Shown here: one piece after another, positions 37,716 through 52,392 of the stretch
How the letters are laid out: every line of letters begins with the position of its first letter
Position numbering within the stretch: the stretch's first letter is position 1
Assembly (NCBI RefSeq): GCF_006345805.1
Contig: NC_043009.1
Coordinates: forward strand, 15,252,001 to 15,316,000
DNA length: 64,000 bases
From: Octopus sinensis
Taxonomy: Eukaryota
Direction of reading: 5' to 3'
Program-made: the position numbers and the translations under genes
Notes under the pieces: model-generated
Seen by the model: the letters and a program-made list of their open reading frames with translations, nothing else
Told to the model about the DNA's origin: nothing
The model's database searches: none

Positions 37716-38374
37716 ACCAATATTTATTTTCGTAATAACTTTTTAATTGTACAAACACACGCACACACATACACACAGACACACACACATAAATACACAC
37801 ACACATATATATACACACACATATGTATACATAATCATTTCTAGAGAAAATAATTTCGTAATATTTCATATAACTCGGAATCATTGTGTTGCAACCGAAG
37901 TCTTAAAATCACCAAAAATACTTTAGAATTACACTGCTGTAATATAAAAGCCTTAAGATTAATTATTATCATAATAATTGTAGCTATTATTTTACACATA
38001 TTTTCATTAAATTGCATAATTATCAATTCGCTTATACAAAAATACAGTCTGGTTATAGAAATTTGAATATTTACACTTTATAAAGCCAATTTTATATTCA
38101 AAATTATTGCAAATTATCGACGCTTCATGAATATTCACCGTCTCGGAAGAAAACATTCGTGCATTTGCCTTAAAATATGCTGTTTCTTTTGCAATGAAGA
38201 GGTATTAACACTTCAAACACTTCAACAGCTATGGCGTTTCCTCTGAATTACTTTCCTGAAAACAATACGCTGAAGCTAAAAACATATTTTGAGAGTATGT
38301 GTTTGAGTACCCTTCTTGCTCAATGTAGTGAACGTACAGAATATTTGCATATAAAATTGTTTCATGTTTACATA

Positions 38375-38600
38375 TGAAGCGCTCGACATCTGACCTCTAC
38401 GTTTTAACATATGCTATTTTCCAAATGGAAGATAACATACTTCAAGAAGAAGAGATCAGACGTAAAAGACAGAAAGAGTGACTCACACTTCCTCGTCTCC
38501 ACCAACCGTCTCCTGCGATAAATGTCGCTGGCTCTTCTATACAGCTCTTGGCCTGAAAACCCACCTCAGTCACCGGCAACCTTTGCACCTATTAGCATGA
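38375..38600 (+). mobile_element. 3' end fragment of an RTE-like LINE
   Basis: FQEEEIRRKRQK...TVSCDKCRWLFYTALGLKTHLSHR, a terminal C2H2-like motif as seen at RTE ORF ends. Confidence 0.45.
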
Positions 38601-41570
38601 AGAGTCTTAATCAATTGTACAGATGAACTACAAGGATACAAGTTAATGCCGCCGATGAAGGTATAAAATGTTGAATGAAAATGAAGTATAATTTACTTAC
38701 ACTAGAAGCTGAATATATTCTTACGGTCAAATTTTAGTTAGCGGTGGGCTTTTGTAGGCTTCATCATTAAGTCAGTACACAACAAAATTGAATGCATTTT
38801 TTTTTACAATGTCTAGTTCTAATCTATGTTTTGAGATAAAATAATAAAAAAAATGTTTGTTCAAAATACGCTCGGTCAAAAATATGAGTCTAAGGCGGAA
38901 AATTGGCTTTGATTTGAAATATCTATTATTCTAAAAGAAAAGTATGCATTAGTTGGGTTTTAAAGAATGTGCTCATCCAGAAGTATCTTTTGAAGAAAAC
39001 CACGTTAAAATGGTTTGCCATGAAAAAATGTGTTGCTTTTAGTGACAAAAAAATGGTAAGTACCCCCCACCCATATTGAATTTGAATTGAAATATCTCAT
39101 CAAATATTAAAGAAAGCTATACGTTAGTTGTTTTCTATTGAATGAGCTCTATGAAATGAATCTTAAAATGTGTAAACTGCGTGAAAAATGTTTACACGCA
39201 AGAAAAATTATGTGGATTTAAATGAGGAAAAGAGGGTGATCGAGTTTAATAAATTAAAATAACTGTGCCAATCAAATACATTTCGCGTTATAAAAGAACG
39301 TTGCCAGCGTAAAGGGTCGCATAATTAAATAGTTCAGAGAACCTAGCCATAATTTGGGAGTTACTGTGTGCGACTCTGTGTAGCGAATTCTTGATTACGT
39401 TCTTTCCCCACGTCTTCCAAGAGTATTTAGCTGATCTTCCAATCTCTCTTCACAACTCTTCTGCGCTCGAGACTTCCCTCATTCTTTTTGTAAAACACCA
39501 GCTCACTCGGCGCCTTAATGTTTGGTTATAAAAATGTGACATTTATCTACGACAGTGTGTGACTATATTTTTAAAGTCACTCTTTGATTTTAAGATTTAT
39601 TTGTCTTAGTTTTAGTATTACTAGAATGAAAAATATAAAAGTAAATACAATTAATTATCATAATAGGAGAAAAAAGTGGACAAGAATGAAATGGACAGGT
39701 GCAGAATGCTAGAATATTCATAATTTCAGGAATGTAATTAAACATAGAAAAGTTATGGAAAGAAGAAAATAACATAAAATATTGCTGCTGACGTTAGAAT
39801 TAAAAAGGAAATGGTAATAAATACATTTTTATGTTGCTTATTTTTACATAACTTTTTAAGGTAAAATACTCAAGAAGATATTTATTTTCAATTTTAGTGA
39901 AAGCACTAATTGATTGTAAGTTTACATATTAAAAGTGTGATACTACAAATTTATATATTTTTAATATCACATAATAGTAATATCAGCAACATTCACTATG
40001 TATTATGACCCCCAAGATTTTTTTAAATGAGAGCACAATTTGTTCATTAGCTTAAATTTTTTTAAATACTTTTTCTAACTGAATATACAAAATATTTTAT
40101 ATTACAATGCAAACTTTAAAGAAATATTATTATTATTATTTTTTGTACTTAAAAATATTGTTTTACTAAATTTCACTGTTTTGAATTACATATATTCTAT
40201 ATGAGTTTCATTTTATAACACAAAATCTGTAATTTAATATTTTTGGATAGCGAATTTTGTTCAGAAAAAAACATTAAAATGTTTTAGTCTAATACAAAGA
40301 AACTTTTAATTCAAAAATATTAACTTCTATTTTTTTTTTATTTTCAATTTAAACCAACAGATTATAAGCACAAAATTGTGCATACTCTATGTGAGGAACA
40401 ATTTCAGAAATTTATTTGGAGAATTCTAACTTCAGTAGTTCATATTCTTCTTGTCTCGTACTTTTCCAGGCTTAATTACATTCGTGAACTTAAGAATAGT
40501 GTAGCATACTGCGCCCGGATTTTTAATTCTAGTATAAATCTGTTTATTTTAATCCAGCTCTCCATAAATCTTTGTCAATTTAAATGAAGGCAAGTGCTGA
40601 TTTTTCTACCAGTAGCAGTTAAAATATATGGTTATCAATTGTTTCGGTACTTTGTAAGAAAACATATTGAAGTGTGGTTGATATAAAAGTGACTTTCTTG
40701 AAAGTTCACCTCTACTCTGTGGATCCTTTGTGATCTTGGTTGATTTCCTATAGAAGTGTGTTGTTGAAGAACAGAATTTCTTAGTATTAACTAAACCTTC
40801 CTGAATTGAATCATACATACATGAATTCTGTAGAATCTTCAAATCACCAGCTGTTTTGTTTCGCGCCTGGTATTTCTTTTACATTATTTATTTATCTTTT
40901 TGTTTTCAGTTCTTTGTTACTATATTTTAAGCCCTTATTAATACAGCTTGTTAAAATAGGATGTTGAATCCCTTAATTACTACCAAGCATATTGTCTTAA
41001 TTGATATGTGTTCATACATAATGAATTTCTTTTAAATAAAAAATTATTTCATTTATTAAAAGCAAATTAAAGACACAATATATATTTACTCTGATGGTCA
41101 ACTTCTCCCTATCAAGTCAATATAATTTTAACCAGTTCCAGCATTTTATACTTTGTATATATTAAGTGTGAAGTTTGTGTGTATATTAAGAGTTGAAACG
41201 TTGATGCAAACATGGCGATATAATCATCTAAAAAGCGTAGCTCGCTACATTTGAATTTATTTGTGAATATACAATTGTAATATGCTGAACACACATAGTA
41301 ATGCTAAATGTACATATACTTTCTGTAATACTCAAATTAAGACTAAATGAAAGAAGCGACGAATCGGCCGTAATTCTAAACAAGTCACTTGCTTAAACAA
41401 ATTTATATCTACATCCAATTTATCCTGATATATGAGTATATTATGTGAAAAAGGTATATACATATCTGTGTTTGTGTATGTGTGGGTGGATAGCTGGGTA
41501 TGTTCATGCGTGTGTACGTGTGTGTATGTATCGTGTACAAATGTTTAGCTAGATTTGGTTCTCGAATTCC

Positions 41571-41965
41571 TCTTTTACTCTTTTACTTGTTTCGGTCATA
41601 TGACTGTAGCCATGCTGGAGCACCGCCTTTGGTCGATCGAGCAAATCGACCCCAGGACTTATTCTTTGTTAGCCTAGTACTTATTCTATCGGTCTCTTTT
41701 GACGAACCGCTCAGTTGCGGGGACGTAAACACATTAGCATCGGTTGTCAAGCGATGTTGGGGGCACAAACACAGACACACAAACATATACACACATACAT
41801 ATATATACATATATACGACGGGCTTCTTTCAATTTCTACCAAATCCACTCACAAGGTTTCGGTCGGCCCGAAGCTATACTAGAAGACACTTGCCCAAGGT
41901 ACCACACAGTGGGACTGAACCCGGGACCATGTGGTTCGTAAGCAAGATACTTACCACACAGCCAC
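41571..41965 (-). mobile_element. Full-length tRNA-derived SINE, family A
   Basis: Minus strand AGGCGTAGGAGTGGCTGTGTGGTAAG...GGGTTCAGTCCC (A/B boxes), central TGGGCAAGTGTCTTCTAGTATAGC, internal microsatellite and a GAGTAAAA tail. Confidence 0.85.
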
Positions 41966-42071
41966 TCCTACGCCTCATTAATAAAGGTCTTTCTAGGCTG
42001 GAATGACGAATATTTCATTGGAATTGTAGCAAAATAAGCATGATAATCTTCACTGATCCTACTTCTCCACA

Positions 42072-42104
<33 letters not shown>

Positions 42105-42117
42105 GGGAGGCAGACGT

Positions 42118-42119
<2 letters not shown>

Positions 42120-42167
<48 letters not shown>

Positions 42168-42190
42168 AGGGGATAGATAGATAGAGAGGG

Positions 42191-42226
<36 letters not shown>

Positions 42227-42234
42227 TTAGACAG

Positions 42235-42269
<35 letters not shown>

Positions 42270-42282
42270 TAGTTAGATAAAT

Positions 42283-42315
<33 letters not shown>

Positions 42316-42392
42316 CATACATACATACATACATACATACATACATACATACATACATACATACATACATACATACATACATACATACATAC

Positions 42393-42476
<84 letters not shown>

Positions 42477-42478
42477 GT
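42120..42478. repeat. (AGAT)n-(ACAT)n-(AGAT)n compound tetranucleotide repeat
   Basis: Seen directly. Confidence 0.95.
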
Positions 42479-43281
42479 ATAGAAACAGGAAGTTGGAAGT
42501 GCTTTTGTTATTCATTAAGCATTACACATATTTCCTCACATTACACATGTTTCCTCACAAAACTATACATGTTGAATAAACATGTAAGAAATTTTCTATC
42601 AAAAACCTCTTCAAATGGAGCATCATAGATTACAAATGAAGCATTTTTATATAAATATCTCATCCGAATTCTTCACTGAAAGAATCAAATATTACAAAAT
42701 TTACATTTAGATGAAGCGTTTATATATAAACGCTTTATCAAAATTTGCATTATTTAATGATTGAAGAATTTCTAATTGGAAATTACTTACATATTTTTCC
42801 AACATGTAAGCGGAAATATATCAATAACACTAAGTAAATTTCGACTTCCTGGTTTGTTATTTATTACTTCTGCTAAAAATATTTCCATTATTTTCAAATA
42901 TTATTTGCACTTCATATCAATACAAGAGCGATAGCAAATAGATAATGGGATTGTAATACTAGACTAAGCAGATGGGCTTCGCGAGGACGCAGCCCCTATT
43001 TTATCCTACGTACATAACACACATACACACATATATATACGTATACAAATACATATACATACATATACGCACATACATATACCTACTTACACACACACTC
43101 ACACACACACACACACACACACTCACATATACACAGTCAAACATTCACACACAAGCAGAAACACACACACCTTGTAGTGGTCATACAAGCCTGGCAAATA
43201 TAATTAATTTTTGTAGACTGTAGTAGATTATGGAAAATCTTAGTCAATTTTCAAACACCGTTAGGTTATACTGATATGCTT

Positions 43282-43347
<66 letters not shown>

Positions 43348-44619
43348 TATATATGTATGTGTGTGTGTGTGTATGTATGTATATGTATTTATTTTTTTAT
43401 GTATAAGCAACTTTGCACGATATGTATAAACTCGTGCGATTAAATAACATGTCTACTCTGAGAGGAAATACAGGAAAAGTTACATGAAAAAGAATTTAGT
43501 ACAAAACGTTAAGATACATTTAAGAGAAAAGGAATATTTTTTTTCAAAAACTTCGGTTATCTCTCTTTACTCACTTAATATGCTTTATCTTCGTAGTATC
43601 ATCTAAAAAATATATGGATGGTGGACGGTAATCGAAGCAGGAGGGTTTAAATGCATTCATCAGTCCTATCGGCTGCGACGGGAGACATTCATCAAAATAC
43701 CAACACATTTCGAGATGCATTTAACTTGTGAAGCCTACGGCTCACAAATTTATGAGCTTGATTCACCTGTTCGATCTAATAACGATGATTGTTTCTTCAA
43801 ATACATATAACTTTCTCTATTTTAACCCGTTGATTTTTCCTTTAGTTCTCTACTTTGTGCTTCACTTCGTGTTCTGAAGTATACTACTGTCTTTCTGGCT
43901 AACTCTGTGCTGGTCCATTTGTTTACGAATAAACAAAGTCTGTATTTTTACTTAGAATTTTTGAAGTTGCTTTCATGCAGTCCTTTAAATATTTTTCTTT
44001 CAGTTCAGACTAAACAAACTACACATGTCAGGTCTTATAGGTAAACATCTAGGTTCTCGCAGTGGAGTGGGCTTATTTCTAGTCCCCAAAATATTTTCTG
44101 GGCCCCAAATGTCAGAATTATAGGTCACTAAATTTTATATCTTCCATGCCTCTATGAGACTAGATCAAACTAAGAAGCCAGACAGAGAAGCAACTGAGAA
44201 TGTTTGGTATATATTTAATACATAACATCTAACGAAAGTAAGATGATCATTAAACTCTCCTTCTCCAAAAATATATGCGATTGGGCAGGACCTGCAAAAA
44301 TATTATTCTAACAGACAGTTGCTTTAAAACCTGTAGCTGATGTCTTTAAACGCCTATATCTATTTTGGTTAGAGATTAATGATATTTATTTAATTTTAGT
44401 AACGAAATAATAATGTTGGTGAAATATGTTTAAAATTACTCATTTTTAAACCAGTAAAACATGAATCAGAATCAAGCTTGTAGACAAGCTCTTTAGTCCC
44501 CCACCGCCCTTTGAGGGTGCATACACACACGCGGGCAGGCACACACGCACATACATAACACACATATGCCTGCATGCATATGCACATATGTATTATAGAT
44601 AGACAAACAGACAGACATA

Positions 44620-44638
44620 CAAACAGGCAGACAGATAG

Positions 44639-44669
<31 letters not shown>

Positions 44670-44698
44670 GATAGATAGATAGATTGATAGATAGATCC

Positions 44699-44769
<71 letters not shown>

Positions 44770-44770
44770 T

Positions 44771-44810
<40 letters not shown>

Positions 44811-44820
44811 ATAGATAGAG
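44620..44820. repeat. (AGAT)n microsatellite
   Basis: Seen directly. Confidence 0.95.
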
Positions 44821-45639
44821 GGAGGGTGAGAGAGAGAGCAGTGGAGAGAGAATCTGATATTAAAAAGATTTGTGAAATGATATTCCATATCAGAAACGTG
44901 GTATGCTTGAATTAATATTACCGAGATTACGAATATATTTGCCCTGTTCTATACTTGCTGCGATTTGTGATTGTAACGCAGTTCTTACTTGTCTAGTATA
45001 AAAATGTAATCTTTACTGTTCGATATATCGGTCCGACATAAAATATTCATATGCGAAAATTGTAAGATTACGAAATGAATGGGAAAATATATTTATTCTT
45101 CCAGTGAATTAGATGCGTAAGAATCAATTTTCTGCAAAGTATATAGGTTCACTGTACAAAACTTGCATAAAGACCACATAGAATTACCTTCTTCATCGTT
45201 TGCCAATTGTAAATTCTTTTAAAGTTCCATGCCATAAATGACAAAATTATAGAGAATCAGACTAAACTAATCGATTCAAAAAGCTATAAAATATCTCATA
45301 AACTCTTCGCTTCATGTACAGTAGGAATGTAGAATATCTCAACAAAGCAATGCGCAGTATATAAACTAAGATCGAACAGAGGCTGGCATCAGTTTTATTG
45401 ACTCTGTATGAAACGCTCAAACATTTCGATATTTTTTAAATCTATTTTCTCTATCATATTATTTGTTCAATTTCAGATATATACATATGTTGAACTAAAA
45501 TGAATGTATGTATGTATGTATGTATGTATGTATGTATGTACGTATCAGTATGTATGTATATGCGTGTGTGTATGCATATGTGTGTTTGTGTGTGAGTGTG
45601 TTTATGCATATGTGTGTTTGTGTGTGAGTGTTTGTATGA

Positions 45640-46085
45640 AGAGTTCAGCCCGCCCTACATCACCATCACCGAAAAAGAACTAAAGTCGTTACAGTAGTTC
45701 ACTATCTTCGATGTACCATGTCTTCAGATGTGATTATCTACAAAGAAATTGACAACAGACTCCCAAAGGCAAACAAAGCATTTGGCAAACTGTACAAGCG
45801 TGTGCGGGGCAACAAGCATCTTAAGATCTGCACAAAAGCTAGCGTTCCTAGGGCCGTCGTTCTCACGACGTTCTTATGTCTCTCTGAGTCCTGGATCCCC
45901 TGCTGCTATCATCTTAATCTTTTTGAAAGCTACCTCCGACCGTCCTCAACATTTACCGAAGCGACTGCATCACCAACACTGAGGTCCTCGAGCGAGCAAA
46001 GGTCACCAGTCTGGAAGCCTTTTTACTTGAGACACGACTGCGTTCAGTAGGACTTTGACAGCATGAAGGACCATCGCTTACCCAA
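45640..46085 (+). mobile_element. RTE-clade LINE RT fragment
   Basis: EIDNRLPKANKAFGKLYKRVRGNKHLKICTKASVPRAVVLTTFLCLSESW matches the RTE pattern I..R..KA..AFG.L..RVW.N..L...TK..VY.AVV..LLYGSE.W. Confidence 0.75.
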
Positions 46086-47589
46086 TATCTTAATGTATGT
46101 TACAGTACTAATTAATAGTATTTATCACCAATTAATGTAATTTTTTATTTAGTGGTAGGTAGTGAAGCCCTTCCATGCTCGATATAAATGATGAAATTTA
46201 ACTGGTGAAATTTAAAACCAAAAGACCAGCTATTGAGACCATAATACGGGGCAAGTTAAATAAATAAATGAATGGGAAAATGGTGTATGTTGTAAGGGGG
46301 GCGAAAGCGCTTAGGACAGTATATACTAGATTAAAAAAATTAATATTATGGAAAAAATATTAAGAAAGAAACCGAGAGTTTCGAAACACTCTAACACATT
46401 TATTATCTGATGATAAAGCATGCTCAAAGAGATTTTTCATACCGAGCAGTATACAGACACAGCTATATCTATAGATATAGTGGCAGACAAAATACAGTTA
46501 CAATATAAAATAAATATATAAAAAAGACAGAAGGAATTATGTCAGGTTGTCTAAAAATTACCATTCTATCTTAGTAGATCATAAGGAAGAAATTTTAAAT
46601 GAATTGGGAAAATGGTGCTAACCTAAGAATTAATTGTAAGTATAACTGTAATAAATAATCGCCAAACTACAAGTGATTCTGTCATAGACCGAACCAAAGT
46701 ATCGAAAAGGCAATGTTTTCTTGTATAACTCAATCTTCGAATTGAAAGCATCATCAATGTTCCTGGGGACTACTTTACTGCATCGGATAGATATTTTCCA
46801 AACTCTAAACAAATACCACAAGATTCTTAAGAGAAATTATTGTACGCACATTCAGAAAGTTAATAATAGAATGATAAACCGTAATTTAACTATGACAATT
46901 ACTGGGTGTCAAAATAATGATAATTCTTCTCAGAACTGTAAATGGTAAAGAAGGAAGTAATCAAACCCGTGCAAATAATTTTGATAATAATAAAGGGGAT
47001 TGCAAAATAATATGGGTAATGATAGCATTACCGAAAATATTAATGATAGCATTACTGTAAACATCAAAAAGAATGGTAATGAAGGGTATATCAAGAGCAC
47101 TGTCATCCCATAAATATTCCTTTTTTTTTAATACAGCTATTATTTTCCAAAATTAAGATAAAAGTTCTTTTTAAATCTAAAATATACTCACTTTCATTTA
47201 CGATGCTCTTCTTTGTCTCTGGTAGACTTGCAAGGCCCCTTTTCCAAAATTCACTCGTCCCTGACGAAAGATATTCCTCTACTGCTGTTGTCTCTCAGAA
47301 TTCTTATTTTTTCCGTCCAGATGAGTTTGAAGACTGCGAAATAAATGGTAATTAGATAGGGAAATGTCCGGCAAATTTGGTGAGTGGGGCGTCGTTTCCC
47401 ATTTAGATTGCACCAGTCTTTGAAATACCATCCTCACTGTATGAGGTTAATCATTATTCTGATGGAATAAAAACTTTCGTCTTGAAATTAAAGATGGTTG
47501 TTTTTCCTCTAGCGCTAGCTGCTCACAATAGGTCTTCTTTGTTATGGTCTGATTTGAGTTTAAAAGTTCAAAGTGGACTAAACCTTTCA

Positions 47590-48347
47590 TATTCCAGCAC
47601 AAAAGTCAGCGTGGATGAAAACTTCATTAGCCTGGGGTGCGGGTGTTTCTCTTTTCCCTACCCACTCTCTTCGGCGCTTGACAATTTTATGGAGAACCCC
47701 TTTCTCGTTACCAGTCACTATTCGGTTCCAAAAAGAATCATTCGTTAGGCGTGATAGCAAAGAATACCACACATTCACTCTCTGCACACGATTAGAATAG
47801 GAAAGTTTGTTAGGAACATATTGACCCAATTTGCTAACTTTTCCGATGGCACGCAGGTATCGGTGAATGGTGGAATGACCAAATTCAAGCTTCTCTGCTA
47901 GTTTCTCAACAGTTACGATGGGATTCTGTTCCACCAGGGTTTGCAGGACGTCCTTGTCGAGCTATACAGATCTTCCAGGACGAAGCACGTCTTCTTGTCT
48001 GTAGTTTACGGCTCAGAATTTTTGGAACAACTGTTGACACTGGTTTACGCTTATTGTCCGTTCCATATATACTGCATTAACATTCTCGCACTTTGTTGCG
48101 TTGCTGTCTTTATTGAAGTCATAAACCAAAATATGCTGAGTAGGTTCCTTAGTCACTTCCATTATAACTTTGAAAAAATAACTGTTAAAATCGAACTGTA
48201 CCCTTCAAAACCTGCATGAAGAATAAGTACAAAGTCAAATTACTACCGGCTTTTATACCAAGTTGATGCAGGTAGTTTATCCCGTTCCTGTCTGACTTTT
48301 GCTTCAGCAATTGAAAAAACTGCATTAATCATAGGATGACCTAATAC
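47590..48347 (-). mobile_element. Mariner transposon 5' half with left terminal inverted repeat
   Basis: Left end TATTAGGTCATCCTATGATTAATGCAGTTTTTTC. Translation LAEKLEFGHSTIHRYL..IGKVSKLGQYVPNKL...FWNRIVTGNEKG resembles WVPHEL and RIVTGDEKW. Confidence 0.8.
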
Positions 48348-48371
48348 ATGCATACATACATACATACATGC

Positions 48372-48414
<43 letters not shown>

Positions 48415-48415
<1 letters not shown>

Positions 48416-48560
48416 GGGGTGGGGAGAATTCACAAAAAAAAAAAAGATGAAGACAGGTGGTGTAGTCAACAAACAGATGTATTAGTCTAACGTTCAGGAA
48501 GTGAAAAAGATTTTAACGTTTCGAGCTAAAGAATGTGTAGTGGCTAGAGATCTATCACGG
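48415..48560 (-). mobile_element. Truncated copy of the 53727-53940 repeat family keeping only the 3' half of the hammerhead-like motif
   Basis: Minus strand GCTC-GAAA-CG-TT-AAAA at 48511-48526, then ...CACCTGTCTTCATCTTTT... ending at (TA)n. Confidence 0.55.
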
Positions 48561-48616
48561 CGAATGCCGGAGAGAGGGGTGTACACAGAGAGCTATATGC
48601 ATATATACATATATAT

Positions 48617-48690
<74 letters not shown>

Positions 48691-49129
48691 ATATATATAT
48701 ATTAGCAGGATTTAGTCCGTCTTTGTGTTCTCAATCCAAAGTCCGCGGAAATCTTTGCCTCTCATTCTTCTGCGTGGCTAAAACTCTAGCAGTTTAAGAC
48801 TGGTACCGATGACTTAATCTCTCCTCCCAAATTGCTGGTGTTGTGCCAAATTTGAAATCAATATGATATTGCGGAAACACTGCATTATTTTAACGTCAGA
48901 CCTACAATTACTTTCATACGTCTGTCCTTATAACTTTTCTCTTGGCATCCGACATTTATCTTCTTTTATTTCAATCATATTTTCGTCTCAGATTTTCTTT
49001 CGCTCATGTTCGGAAACTAATATTTTTCTTCTTTATGGGCATGTTTGGTATGTTCTACTTAATATGTATATGTGTATATTATATATATTATATATATATA
49101 TATATATATAGATATATATATATATATAG

Positions 49130-49198
<69 letters not shown>

Positions 49199-49239
49199 TA
49201 TATAATATATATATATATAATATATATATATATATTCCA

Positions 49240-49622
49240 TTGGAAGCACTCCGTCGGTTACGACGACGAGGGTTCCGGTTGATCCGATCAACGGAACAGC
49301 CTGCTCGTGAAATTAACGTGCAAGTGGTTGAGCACTCCACAGACACGTGTAACCTTAACGTAGTTCTCGGGGATATTCAGCGTGACACAGATAGTGACAA
49401 GGCTGCCCTTTTGAAATACAGGTACAACAGAAACAGGAAGTAAGAGTGAGAGAAAGTTGTGGTGAAAGAGTACAGCAGGGATCACCACCATCCCCTGCAG
49501 AGCCTCGTGGAGCTTTAGGTGTTTTCGCTAAATAAACACACACAACGCCCGGTCTGGGAATCGAAACCGCGATCCTATGACCGCGAGTCCGCTGCCCTAA
49601 CCACTGGGCCATTGCGCCTCCA
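49240..49622 (-). mobile_element. Full-length tRNA-derived SINE (family D)
   Basis: Minus strand GGAGGCGCAATGGCCCAGTGGTTAGGGCAGCGG...GGTTTCGATTCCC with clear A and B boxes. Confidence 0.85.
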
Positions 49623-49633
49623 CATTATATATA

Positions 49634-49682
<49 letters not shown>

Positions 49683-49707
49683 ATATATATAATATATATA
49701 TATAATA

Positions 49708-49753
<46 letters not shown>

Positions 49754-49775
49754 ATATATATATATATATCTATAT

Positions 49776-49860
<85 letters not shown>

Positions 49861-49879
49861 CACACACACATACACACAT

Positions 49880-50080
49880 GTGGAAGCGCGATGGCCCAGT
49901 GGCTAGAGCAATGGACTCGCGGTTTCGGTTCCCAGACCGGGCGTTTTGTGTACTTATTGAGCAAAAACACCTAAAGGCTCCTCGAGCCTCCGGTAGGAGT
50001 TGTTGGCCACCCCTGTTGTACTCTTTCGCCACAACTTTCTCTCACTCTCTCTCTTCCTGTATCTTGAGTAACGCTGCGAT
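49880..50080 (+). mobile_element. 5' part of SINE family D, head-to-head with 49240-49622
   Basis: GTGGAAGCGCGATGGCCCAGTGGCTAGAGC...CCCAGACCGGGCGTT...CACCTAAAG...GTACTCTTTCGCCACAACTTTCTCTCACTCT. Confidence 0.8.
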
Positions 50081-50554
50081 GTATATATACATTTGCTATA
50101 TTTCGGAGATAATTTCTATCTCATATTTTTTTCATATTTTTCTCGCTATGACTACTTCAGGGTATTAATTCTTTTTTATTCATAATTTCTGCCGCTATGC
50201 TCGTTGTAGCACGATTCTTTTCTCTTTGACAAATCTTCAGCTGTATATGACATCAACATTCTCAGGTGTCTCCTGGGGTTTGGTACTCTTGTAGCATATC
50301 TTTAATTTGTCAACGTGGCACTTAAGTAGATAATTTTAATTATAAATGTGTTCACTTCTTTAGCAAAATAATAAAAAAAAAGAATACAATCAATGTTTTT
50401 TCATTAGTACCATAGTTCATATTATGCCGTTTATTGGATACTCATAACGGGAAAAATGATTTTGTTAAACGTAAAAGCAAGCTCATAAATTGAGACTTAA
50501 GTGATAAACAATGTTTAAAAAACGGCGCAGCCTATGACCTTCTATGCAGACGTG

Positions 50555-50606
50555 AGGAAGAAGAATTAGAAGAAGACGAAGAAGAAGACGAAGAAGAAGA
50601 AGAAGC

Positions 50607-50660
<54 letters not shown>

Positions 50661-50677
50661 TAGTAGTAGTAGTAGTT
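50555..50677. repeat. (GAA)n-(GTA)n compound microsatellite
   Basis: Seen directly. Confidence 0.9.
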
Positions 50678-51398
50678 CAGGTGAAAATTAAAAGTAATCA
50701 CGTGAAAGTGAATTTCGAAATCACCGTAAATAAATGTTACAGAAGAGCGAATGCAAAATATATTTATTAAATAATCGTTACGGGGTTAGAAGTAGAGCAC
50801 CATAAATTCTCATTATGTCAACCACAATTATGCCAATATTCTGACGTACAGCCATCTGTTGATTTGAAATGAGCTGATCATCGTATTAAATTATATTTAG
50901 TAATTGCATTGTTATTATGTTTACTTCAATAACAGCTTTTCATAGAATAAGTTACAGTTCTCTTAAATTTTGATGAATCATTTGAATATCTGACCTTCAG
51001 TGAGTAAGTTATATATTGAGTCAATTAAGTAGGCATTCCTATTTGTATTTAAATGGTTGTCAGAAATAACTTTTAGCTTGTTTTAAAATATATGCTCTAG
51101 GCCAATAACGAAAACAAATTGTAAACAAAAAAGAAGCAGAAAAATATGATTAAGGAAGAATTTGTTAATGCATAATGTAAGTAGATTTCTCTAATGGCAT
51201 ATGCTATGTAATCATATCTTTTTGAATAATCTATATGACTTTGCGTTATAGATATGTGTGTGTGGGCGGGTGTGTATGTGTGTGTGTGCGATCGTGTGTG
51301 CGTGTATTTGTACGTTTGTGTGCAAATACCTATATGTTTTTGTGTGCGTAAGTAACTATAATAGGAACATATTCACACATATATGCGCATATATATAT

Positions 51399-51439
<41 letters not shown>

Positions 51440-51467
51440 TGCAGACACACACATACATGCACACACA

Positions 51468-51643
51468 TGAGGCTGTTTGGTAGAACGTTTGCTTCCCAGC
51501 CACATGGTTGGGAGTTCAATCCCGCTCCGTAGAACAGTGGGCAAGAGTCTTCTACTATGGTCTCGGGCCGACGAAAGCCTTGTGAATGGATTTGGTATAG
51601 GGAAACTGAAAGCAGGTCGTCTTATATATATATATATAGATAT

Positions 51644-51678
<35 letters not shown>

Positions 51679-51926
51679 GCGTGCGTGTGTGTGTGTGTGT
51701 ATTTACGTATTTGTGTTTTCCTCCGTGATTGTCACCACACCATCTCTTCACAACCGATGTTGGTGTGTTTACGTCTAGCGGTTCGACAGAACTTACCGAG
51801 AGAATAAGTACCAACGTTAGAAATAAATACTGGGGCTGATAAGTTCGACTAAAACCTTTGGAAGGCGTACCCCCAGCATGTCAACAGATTAATGACTGAA
51901 TGACTGAGACAAGTAAAAGACAAAAG
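51468..51926 (+). mobile_element. Full-length SINE family A, diverged
   Basis: Collinear with the reverse complement of 41571-41965. Confidence 0.75.
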
Positions 51927-51943
51927 ATATATATATATAAAGG

Positions 51944-52186
51944 GTAAAGACCCCCTTTGGTCATGAATGACCATGGGATTGCACCTAGAAAGTTACCCTC
52001 CTAGAACAAAGTCCGGGCAAGGTTTTTTGTGGAAGACCAGCAGTCGCCCATGCATACCAGCCTCCCCTCTCCACGCCACCAGTGTTATCCAAGGGAAAGA
52101 CAAAGGTCGATACAGCTTGGCACCAGTGACGTCGCAACTCATTTCTACAGCTGAGTGAACTGGAGCAACGTGAAATAAAGTGCCTT
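51944..52186 (-). mobile_element. 3' part of SINE family C
   Basis: GATTGCACCTAGAAAG...AAGTCCGGGCAAGG is also at 29880-29930. CTGGAGCAACGTGAAATAAAGTG is shared with 22015-22045. Confidence 0.65.
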
Positions 52187-52187
52187 G

Positions 52188-52229
<42 letters not shown>

Positions 52230-52347
52230 TCTGGATGGCCATTATTTTATTTATTTATTTATTTTTGCCGAATAAGTACACTCACTATACATATGTTTTT
52301 CTTTACTCTTTTATTACTGTTATTTCATTATTTTAACTCTTGTCCAT

Positions 52348-52392
52348 TGTCAAGAAATCTTTCGTCACACTTCTGTGGCCTCTTCAGCGACA
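52348..52392 (-). ncRNA. Degenerate hammerhead-like motif
   Basis: Minus strand TGTCG-CTGAAGA-G-GCCACA(GAAG)TGTGAC-GAA-AGATTT-C-TTGACA has an intact core but imperfect stems. Confidence 0.45.

Noticed and set aside
47255-47375. CTGACGA...GAAA...TA-GGGA
   Set aside because: The spacer is long and unstructured and stem III is poor, which is consistent with chance.
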